Part shown: one piece after another, positions 1-7,503 of the stretch
Layout: the number at the start of each line of letters is the position of its first letter
Position numbering within the stretch: position 1 is the stretch's first letter
NCBI GenBank assembly: GCA_026967815.1
Contig: JAPUUO010000003.1
Location: forward strand, 1 to 39,438
Source: Candidatus Bathyarchaeota archaeon
GTDB lineage: Archaea; Thermoproteota; Bathyarchaeia; Bathyarchaeales; Bathyarchaeaceae
Direction: 5' to 3'
DNA length: 39,438 nt
Notes under the pieces: generated by a model
What the model saw: the letters and a program-made list of their open reading frames with translations, nothing else
Database searches by the model: none
Told to the model about the DNA's origin: nothing
Position numbers and translations under genes: made by a program

Positions 1-36
1 AACCTATATTAATAAAATGCGGACGCGAACTTCTGC

Positions 37-221
37 CTTAAATTATTAATGCAACATGAAATGAAAAATGAATAAACATGTAAAGTAGTGGTTTATAATT
101 CTAGTAGATTGTTTCACAAGTTATTAATGTGCTCGACACTCAGAGTAGCGAAATACTTAGGAATGCTCCAGTATTGTGCTGGTTGTCTCTCTGAATGTGT
201 AAACTGGAAGGAGGTGAAAGA
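37..221 (+). promoter_or_regulatory. Conserved upstream module (promoter/leader), copy 1
   Basis: 37-75 matches the reverse complement of 39302-39340 at 35/39 nt; TTGTTTCACAAGTTATTAAT (109-128) is also shared; similarity continues to the GGAGGTGA SD at 210-217. Confidence 0.8.
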
Positions 222-707
222 GTGAGAAAAATACTAACAAGCATGGTTGCAACCTTGGTGATCCTCGGGGCGCTTTTCGCATTTTCGGGCGTCGCGACAG
301 CGGATAAGCCCACCGCCATAACCTTTGAATGGGTCCTCACGCAGAACACACAAGGACCGCTCATCAACGAAGGACCTTGGTCTGCTTCTGGTGTAGTTTC
401 CGACAGCGGTGATATGGTTCAGTACTTACATATGCGCCCGAACAAGCCTGCTCTCTCGGAGACCACTCTGACGAGTGATCTTGGAACCATCAGAATCTGC
501 AGCGTGGCACAAACCATAGCGGTCATTTCAGAAGATCCATTCATAGTCCGGATCGAAGGCATATGGTTCATCACAGGGGGAACCGGTGCCTACGCTCAGC
601 TTTCCGGTCATGGCACGGAGGTCGTTGAGGTGAACGTTGACCTCGCGATCCAAGGGCTGCCTTCTAACTTTGGGACCCAGACCGGCACCGCTCACTTACC
701 ACACTAG
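222..707 (+). CDS. Secreted hypothetical protein, possibly dirigent/allene-oxide-cyclase-like beta-barrel
   Basis: GTG at 222 follows GGAGGTGA, a better start than 195; signal peptide MRKILTSMVATLVILGALFAFSGVATA; motif WFITGGTGAYAQLSGHG. Confidence 0.75.
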   Translation: MRKILTSMVATLVILGALFAFSGVATADKPTAITFEWVLTQNTQGPLINEGPWSASGVVSDSGDMVQYLHMRPNKPALSETTLTSDLGTIRICSVAQTIAVISEDPFIVRIEGIWFITGGTGAYAQLSGHGTEVVEVNVDLAIQGLPSNFGTQTGTAHLPH

Positions 708-761
708 GAAGCACAATCGGCGCCGAGAGGAAGTGTGGTGATATCGCCAACCGCGTAACCA

Positions 762-772
762 CCCTTTTTTTT
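762..772 (+). terminator. Oligo-T archaeal terminator candidate
   Basis: CCC followed by T8 (765-772), about 60 nt after the stop at 707. Confidence 0.5.
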
Positions 773-840
773 CCAATACAATAAGGATTAAACCGAAGAA
801 ATAAATATCTCCACGCATGAGACCGAGACACTTAGCTAAG

Positions 841-852
841 GTGCGCGCGCGT
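841..852. repeat. Iterated (CG)n motif, representative copy; others at 1741, 5942, 7322, 10786, 14251, 14371, 21331, 31869, 33551, 33779, 35959, 38326
   Basis: GTGCGCGCGCGT; nine pure alternating-CG tracts of >=8 nt counted by eye in the window. Confidence 0.8.
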
Positions 853-1226
853 TAGATGAAGAGAATAAGCTATTTTGAGTCTTTTCTACTAGCTTGTTTC
901 CGCCACACTTTACACCATTTCTTAAGAGTTGAAGGCTTAGCATTGCCCGAGGTATAATATTCCACTTCCTCGCTCGCCGCAAGGATCGTTTCCTCAGTTT
1001 TCCCTACCCTGTTCTTCCTGTCTGACCCTGAAAAAGACGAGAGGTAGTATACTACCCTATAATAATAATCATTATAATAATCAGTAAAGCACTTGCTTCT
1101 CACCTTCAAGTTGCTTCTATCTTTTTCAAGTTGAAGCTGAATGGCGCACGCCAGTGCGCCCTCATACGCATGCGCACTTCAATCTCTTTTCCAAGCGCAT
1201 GCTGAAACTCAGAACGTGTGTGTGTG

Positions 1227-1254
1227 CTTAAATTATTAATGCAACTTCAAATGA
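1227..1254 (+). promoter_or_regulatory. Partial third copy of the conserved upstream module
   Basis: CTTAAATTATTAATGCAAC is identical to 37-55, followed by TTCAAATGA versus ATGAAATGA; ends 29 nt before the ATG at 1283. Confidence 0.7.
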
Positions 1255-1282
1255 CATATCAGTCAAATGAGAAGGGAGAGAT

Positions 1283-1594
1283 ATGAGCTGGAATGTGGTT
1301 TATACTCCGTCGAGCTCCGTGTTTCTGGGTATTGTATTGATTATTTCGGTCCTAGCACTGACCGGTCTGTCTATAGGTTATGTCCTAGCGGAAGTGGTCA
1401 AAGGTAGACACATGGCAATTGGTTCAGCTGTGTACTGGGCGATTTACTTTGTCAATTGGTACAACCGTGAGTTTCTCGCTCAAATTCCTGCAATTTACCC
1501 TTTTAGTATTCGTCTTTTGTATTCAGGGGCTCTGGTTCTGTTCTTGACTCTAGCGTATGCTATTCGAAAATATACACTCAAACGAAACGTCTAA
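1283..1594 (+). CDS. Small multi-pass membrane protein, possibly frameshifted (a fourth TM helix continues in the +1 frame to 1706)
   Basis: Three hydrophobic segments; purine-rich SD; +1 frame reads SKPSLWIRVLFSIQFILWLFPLVGVFALLIMEKLRNNH*. Confidence 0.6.
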   Translation: MSWNVVYTPSSSVFLGIVLIISVLALTGLSIGYVLAEVVKGRHMAIGSAVYWAIYFVNWYNREFLAQIPAIYPFSIRLLYSGALVLFLTLAYAIRKYTLKRNV

Positions 1595-1914
1595 ACCAAG
1601 CCTCTGGATACGCGTTCTGTTCTCAATCCAGTTCATCCTCTGGCTGTTTCCCCTAGTAGGTGTATTCGCTCTTTTAATCATGGAAAAACTCAGAAATAAC
1701 CACTGAAAGTAGTGTCAAAAACCCCATAACCAACAAACCAGCGCGCGCGAATCAGATCTCTAAACCTTCTCCTATACTCTTCTCAGGACTGAAAACTAGA
1801 ACCAATATACTATTCATACTAACAACACTACTGCAAAACACTCTTCAGCATTCCTCTAACATCATTTTTATGTAGATGAAAGAAGCTAAGATTACGCTTG
1901 GTTCGTGAGAAATT

Positions 1915-2643
1915 TTGGTTAAAACTTCTTTTTTTGCAAATGTCAGGGCTATACTTTTTGATTTCGGCGATACACTTGTATCCTTTGAAACCTTCGACTA
2001 CGAGGCTTCCTTGGCTGCGCTTCACCAAACATTGATGGAAAGTGGAGTAATCGTTCCCTATGAAAAGTTTAAGAAAACCTACTTTAAGATTAGAGATCAG
2101 CTTTACAGGGAAACCGACTCCTCTTTTAAGGAAGTCAATTTCTGTGTTCGTGTTTCTTGCGTGTTAAATGAGTTGGGATTTAATCTTAATTCTAGAGATC
2201 CTAAGATAATCAGGTCAGCTGAAGCCTTCATGTGTCCTCTTATTAAATCGCTAAAATTAGAGGAACACGTTCCCTTGGTTCTTCGAGAATTAAGTAAGAA
2301 GTATAAGCTGGGTCTTGTTTCAAATTTCGCCTATCCTCCAGCAATCAAGCAGACGTTGCGGAAATTTCACCTGTCTGAGTTCTTTGATGCCGTAATCATT
2401 TCGGGAGACATAGGTTGGCGCAAGCCAAGTTCAAAGATCTTTGACAAAGCTCTCAAAGCATTACGCGTGTCTGCTTCTGAAACAGTGTTCGTGGGCGACG
2501 CGCCTTTTCATGACATTGCGGGGGCTAGGCATGTTGGAATGAAGACAGTTTTGCTGAGGCGACGACTAGGTGAAAAAGAAAGGGCGGGCATGGATAATCC
2601 AGACGAGATAATAAGTGGATTGGAAGAGCTTCTGACGACGTAG
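1915..2643 (+). CDS. HAD-superfamily hydrolase
   Basis: Motif I FDFGDTL, LVSN, RKP, FVGD..HDI.GA...GM. Confidence 0.92.
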   Translation: MVKTSFFANVRAILFDFGDTLVSFETFDYEASLAALHQTLMESGVIVPYEKFKKTYFKIRDQLYRETDSSFKEVNFCVRVSCVLNELGFNLNSRDPKIIRSAEAFMCPLIKSLKLEEHVPLVLRELSKKYKLGLVSNFAYPPAIKQTLRKFHLSEFFDAVIISGDIGWRKPSSKIFDKALKALRVSASETVFVGDAPFHDIAGARHVGMKTVLLRRRLGEKERAGMDNPDEIISGLEELLTT

Positions 2644-2742
2644 CATGACTGTTAGATGTGGAAAGTCGATGCATATTACCTCAATTGGGTTGGTTGGGTA
2701 ATAATTTAAGGAGGACATATCTGCATACTATAAGAGACTAGT

Positions 2743-2928
2743 ATGTTGAAGAATACTTTACAGGTACAGATGGCAAGTGTGGCTCTAGTTCCGCTTCTAG
2801 TTCTTTCATTTCTGGGCTTTATCATAGTTATTGCTGTCTTGTGGAAGAAAGGTAAAACGATTGAAGCCTTGCTGGTTTGGAATTCGTTGCTCCTTTATGT
2901 CATTGCGTTGACTCTGCTTCTCAAATAG
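2743..2928 (+). CDS. Small 2-TM membrane protein
   Basis: 61 aa, two hydrophobic helices, TTTAAG box upstream. Confidence 0.55.
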   Translation: MLKNTLQVQMASVALVPLLVLSFLGFIIVIAVLWKKGKTIEALLVWNSLLLYVIALTLLLK

Positions 2929-2944
2929 AAGCTGGACTAGAATT

Positions 2945-3070
2945 CTACCCACCCAAGTCTAGTATTATGAAAAGAAAAAACCAAATAGCAGCTCCTGTAA
3001 TTGCCACAAGTACGGGTAACCAGATAGCCCAATTCATTCTTTGTTTTTCTTCTTCATTACTTGAACTCAT
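2945..3070 (-). CDS. Small single-TM protein (41 aa, not in the ORF track)
   Basis: Hand translation MSSSNEEEKQRMNWAIWLPVLVAITGAAIWFFLFIILDLGG*; GGTG upstream; convergent with 2743..2928. Confidence 0.55.
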   Translation of the reverse strand: MSSSNEEEKQRMNWAIWLPVLVAITGAAIWFFLFIILDLGG

Positions 3071-3434
3071 TCCAATACACCACATGGTCAATCTATACCA
3101 GTTCTGCATAGGTTCTTATGACTTGTGGAAGAAACTAGGGTGCGCACGCGCAGCGCTATTTGTCCCAGAGTTCCACAAGTTGTCTTATCATTCTGGCCTT
3201 GGGGTTTTCCTCGTTGTATCTGAAGATACGGATTCTTCCAAATTTCTTATGCATTACAAGCTGGTGGTCTTCTAGAGCTTTTAGGTGCTGGTTAGTTGTC
3301 GCATAATTGAGTCCTGCTCGGCGGGAAATCTCTGAAATGTTTAGTTCACCGATGTCTGCGAGAATTCTCAGGATTCTAACCCTTCCTTTTGAGGAAAATA
3401 CATCTTCAATGGGCAGAGTGAAATCTCCTTCAGG

Positions 3435-4619
3435 CTAAGTTGCTTTTATTCGAAGGACCCTGCTCAGTTCTTGTTCTAACTCTGAAGCTGGTGTTGTCGG
3501 CAAACTGATAAACGTCGTTTTTCCTCGATGTCCAAGACTGGAAGGTTGAGTTTCAATTATGTCCAAAGCCGAAAGCAGCTTGGCATATTTCCATAATTGC
3601 GTATGCTTGCGTTCTGTTTCGCCAAATTCTTCGCAAACAATGGCATAAGCTTCTTCGGCTTCGCCCATAGTAATATGGGCTGCGTCGGTTAGGTTGAAGC
3701 GTCTGGCGATTCCTAAGAGAAACAGTTTTTCATGCAATCCCAACTCGGTGATTGTGTCTTTTCGCACAACTGCATACACGCTGCTAGCGGCTTTGCGTAC
3801 ATGTTCAGGTAAAACTTCTTTGGATCTTTCGGTGTCAGCGTATTTGCCCGCTCTCCATAGCAACTCAATTGCATAACGGGCGTCGCCTCCCTCTAAAACT
3901 GCAGCTTCAGCAACGGCATCCTGAGTTTGAGATTGAACCGTGCCTTCTTTAAAGGCCCACGTTATTCGGTCGTTTAGGATGTCGCGAAGTTGAGGTTTCG
4001 AGTATTCGCTAAAATGTATAATGTTATGTTGAAGAGTGCTCCTTGTGCTTGCGTCGAGTTTGTCTAGGCGATGCATCTCCCGAAGGATGCCGATCAGCGA
4101 CAGCCTGTGAGCTGTTTTTACCCGTTCCTCCTGAACTCTTGTTAAACTGTATATGGGGTTTGACCCTTCGCTTTGAACAAGCGCTTCCAACTCATCTAAC
4201 GCCAATATGACATAGGCTTTTTTCTCGTCGAGAATCTGCATTAAAGCCTGTAGGAGCTCTTCAGCCGAATATCCTCTCTTCGGGAAGGTCGGATAAAATC
4301 TCAGAATAACCCGTTGAAGAATCATAAAGAAGCTTCCTTTGCATTCGCGGCAGTTGACGTGAACATAATGTAGGTTAACATTTCTCTGTTGAGCTTGCTT
4401 GGTTATGTTGGATCCAAAACTCTGGGAAATCACGGTTTTCCCAGTTCCGATTTTGCCGACAATGAGCACGCGTTGGGTCATTCTTCCCGGATTTTCAATT
4501 GTGAATCGGAAAAACTGGTTAAGGAGGTCTAATTGGGCTTTTCTGTGAGGTAAGCGTGGTGGCACATAGTTGATGTCTAGTTTGCTTTCGTCCTTGAAAA
4601 CGCTGAAATATGGAAGCAT
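3435..4619 (-). CDS. cdc6: ORC1/Cdc6-type DNA replication initiation protein
   Basis: N-terminal VFKDESKLDINYVPPRLPHR, Walker A GKIGTGKT, VNC, Walker B LALDE, GDAR sensor, C-terminal winged helix. Confidence 0.95.
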   Translation of the reverse strand: MLPYFSVFKDESKLDINYVPPRLPHRKAQLDLLNQFFRFTIENPGRMTQRVLIVGKIGTGKTVISQSFGSNITKQAQQRNVNLHYVHVNCRECKGSFFMILQRVILRFYPTFPKRGYSAEELLQALMQILDEKKAYVILALDELEALVQSEGSNPIYSLTRVQEERVKTAHRLSLIGILREMHRLDKLDASTRSTLQHNIIHFSEYSKPQLRDILNDRITWAFKEGTVQSQTQDAVAEAAVLEGGDARYAIELLWRAGKYADTERSKEVLPEHVRKAASSVYAVVRKDTITELGLHEKLFLLGIARRFNLTDAAHITMGEAEEAYAIVCEEFGETERKHTQLWKYAKLLSALDIIETQPSSLGHRGKTTFISLPTTPASELEQELSRVLRIKAT

Positions 4620-4842
4620 ATTCCATCCTTCCCCTTTTCTATTATTGAGGATGTCAATTTATGGTTTTTGTTCTTTAGAAAGAAGATTTAGCGAGGAGAA
4701 CATTGAAACTAATATTTTGCATCATGCGGGAGGAATTGTAAGTTGTCAAGGAAACTGCATGTAGCAGGCTAAATCTAAAGCATATTCCCGTATTCGATTA
4801 GTCACGTGACAAGAACCTGATTGGATCGAATGAAATGAAACC

Positions 4843-5175
4843 CTACCCAAGCGGAAGCGAGAAGTGGAGAATTGTATTCCACACTACAACGAATGTGTAG
4901 AAAGCTACAAGCACCATTAGTGTTCCTAGCAATAGCTTCTTGGCAAACCGCCACTCAGTTGGGTTAGTGACTTTTCTTGTGAGGACACACAAGAAACCGA
5001 AAAGCAGAACCTGCCCGATCTTGATCCAGGCTGAAAGCATCATCCCTAGTTTTCCCCATAAGTAAAGAGTGAAAGGGTTGGCCTCGAAGGACGGGTTTGT
5101 AACCAAAATATCGAAGATGTTGAGCCAAAGTAGAAACAAGAACCACGGTGACAAAGATGACAGTTTCCACTTCAC
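4843..5175 (-). CDS. Membrane protein, DUF5658-like
   Basis: Three TM segments; D..T...EANP motif. Confidence 0.65.
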   Translation of the reverse strand: MKWKLSSLSPWFLFLLWLNIFDILVTNPSFEANPFTLYLWGKLGMMLSAWIKIGQVLLFGFLCVLTRKVTNPTEWRFAKKLLLGTLMVLVAFYTFVVVWNTILHFSLPLG

Positions 5176-5254
5176 TTCTCCTTTCTCCCAACTAAAGAAC
5201 GCAACTTCGAATATTTATGATTTCCAAGAATAGAGAGCTTTGTAGTGCGCCAAG

Positions 5255-5608
5255 TTAAACATAAAATATTTCAGGTCTTTCCTCTTTTTTCTTCTTGACC
5301 CTTTTTCTGGCTTTTAACCCTCTCTGAGATCCTAGCTTGGTCGCCTCTAAGTCGTATTCTATAAAAGAACGGGTAAACTCAGACAGTTTTTTGTTTATCT
5401 TCTCTAGATCCTTTTGTGAGAATTTCGTCATGATATCAGGCGTATTCACCCATTGCATCCAACCGAGCAAGCTCCTTTGTAAAACGTTCAGCATGAAACT
5501 TAAGGACCTTACAAGCTCTAGTCTGTCCCGTTCCTTAGCCTCTTCTAAACGCGTTATCTGATCCAAGATCTTCTCAGAAACCTGCATCCATCTTTCACTC
5601 AAATCCAT
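5255..5608 (-). CDS. DUF2153 family archaeal protein
   Basis: DRLELV...RSLLGWMQWVNTPDIM..FS signature. Confidence 0.8.
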   Translation of the reverse strand: MDLSERWMQVSEKILDQITRLEEAKERDRLELVRSLSFMLNVLQRSLLGWMQWVNTPDIMTKFSQKDLEKINKKLSEFTRSFIEYDLEATKLGSQRGLKARKRVKKKKEERPEIFYV

Positions 5609-6080
5609 GTTCCCTCACTTTCTCAGTCATCTCCCTAAAAAGCATCTCTTGATATAAAGATTAGGGAAACGCAACCTGCTCATAGTACGCCAGAGCATTT
5701 CGGCTACAGTGTTTTTTGCTTCTAAAACGCCCGCGTGGTAGGGTTCTCCACGTCAGAGGTGTGGGCTCTCGCATTCTTGGCGCGGGTGCTGTTGCACACC
5801 TTCTATCGGCGCGCTCTCAAGATCTATATCATCTGCTCAGTGGGGCCAGAGTCGTCATCGCCCACAAACAAGGTTCTGTGTCAAGCCCAAATAAAAACGT
5901 TTTTTTCAGATATCCAATCGAGAAGAATGCGGTCGCTTATGGCGCGCGCATCCTTGTTGATGTCCGCAAAGAGGGGACGGTGACCCTACAAGTCCCCGCA
6001 CTTAAAACTGAGTGGTCACTTCTACCCATAATATTAAACTAAGATGACCAGTCATAAAGGCGCAAAAAGAGGGAGAACCC

Positions 6081-7322
6081 ATGGACTTCGTTGAAAAACT
6101 CAAGAGTGAGTTCTCATTCATAAAAGGGAACTACGCAGTCATGGTAATAAGCTGGATACTGGTAGACTTCGCCGTTGAGCTGCCAGCTACATACTTCAGC
6201 CTATATGTACTCGGACTCGGGGCCACTGAAACCATTCTGGGAGTCATAGGTCTCTCTCAATTCTTGGCCTTGGCTTCCTTACAGTTTCCAGGCGGTTACT
6301 TGGCAGACAAATACGGAAGAAAATGGCTGATCTCAACAATGACCTTCGGCGTAGCCTTCAGTTTCATACTGTACGCAATCGCACCGTCATGGCCTGTGAT
6401 ACTTGTCGGAGTGATTCTAATGAGCATATTCAACTCAACCTATCAGCCAGCCTTGAACGCGATGATCTCTGACTCTCTTCCGGTCGATAAAAGAGGAATG
6501 GGATTCAGCATAGTTATGTTGATAGCAAGCGTTTCCACAACACCAAGTCCGGCCGTCGCAGGTCTGCTGCGTGCTAACTTCGGCTTAATCCCTGGAATGA
6601 GAATCGCTTACGGCATCGTCGTGGGTCTCTTTCTTATTGCAGCCTTTATCAGGTCCTTCTTCCTAAAAGAAACCGTAGTAACCTCTTCAAGGCCGCGCCT
6701 GAACGAGATATTTCAGAGCTATCCGACAGCTCTGAGAGAAAGCTTCAGCGTGTGGAGAAAAGTGCCAAAATCCATGTTATACTTATTTCTGACCTTTTCT
6801 ATCGCGATCTTTGGTTTCTCAGCTACATTCCTCTATACGGTCATATATGCAACCAGAGTGCTCCTCATCGACGAGGTAGTGTGGGCTTTCGTCACTGCAC
6901 TGGTACCGTTAACCACAATCATCCTGGCTATACCTGTAGGCAAGCTTGTAGACAAAATCAAGAGGAAAATACCCATTCTCGCTTCAATTCTGATCTTCGG
7001 GCTCTCTATGTGGATCTTCGTTAACGGGGATTTGGCAAAAGTCGCTCTATCACTAATCCTGCTGGGCGTAGGGCAGGTAATGCTCAACGCCTCCTTTGGC
7101 GCGCTGCAGACTGACTTGACACCAAAAGAGCAACGTGGAAAAGTAAGCGGGTTCATCAACTTCGCCAACTATATAGTAATGGCTTCAGGCAGCCTGCTGG
7201 GCGGATACCTATATGAGCACGTGGCTCCTCAAGCCCCATTCATGCTCGCCATAATATCAGTCCTGCCTTCATCTCTCTTGACACTGATCCTCGTGAAAGA
7301 ACCAGAGAAACGAGAAGAATAG
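6081..7322 (+). CDS. MFS transporter
   Basis: About 12 TM; motif A GGYLADKYGRK and second-half GKLVDKIKRK. Confidence 0.93.
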   Translation: MDFVEKLKSEFSFIKGNYAVMVISWILVDFAVELPATYFSLYVLGLGATETILGVIGLSQFLALASLQFPGGYLADKYGRKWLISTMTFGVAFSFILYAIAPSWPVILVGVILMSIFNSTYQPALNAMISDSLPVDKRGMGFSIVMLIASVSTTPSPAVAGLLRANFGLIPGMRIAYGIVVGLFLIAAFIRSFFLKETVVTSSRPRLNEIFQSYPTALRESFSVWRKVPKSMLYLFLTFSIAIFGFSATFLYTVIYATRVLLIDEVVWAFVTALVPLTTIILAIPVGKLVDKIKRKIPILASILIFGLSMWIFVNGDLAKVALSLILLGVGQVMLNASFGALQTDLTPKEQRGKVSGFINFANYIVMASGSLLGGYLYEHVAPQAPFMLAIISVLPSSLLTLILVKEPEKREE

Positions 7323-7503
7323 CGCGCAAAAAGCGATTTGAAACCGTTTTGAGACAAATTCTGAGACAATTTCCCATGGTTTTCCATCCGTCTTAGTGCG
7401 CGGTTCTCTAGAATCGTTTTGCGAAGTGCCTTCATACGTGTGGATGGTGAAAATGTTATAAAGGCTTGATGTTATTATGCAGATTCACTTTGGAGAGGAA
7501 GAT

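Noticed and set aside
2877-3275. 132-aa ORF on the + strand
   Set aside because: Shadow of the 41-aa minus-strand membrane ORF and intergenic DNA; no recognisable motifs.
4620-4842. Replication origin upstream of cdc6
   Set aside because: AT-rich, but no repeated ORB or mini-ORB boxes with G-strings could be found by eye.
5716-6042. 108-aa and 82-aa ORFs
   Set aside because: No SD or family motif and atypical composition; better explained as GC-rich non-coding DNA.
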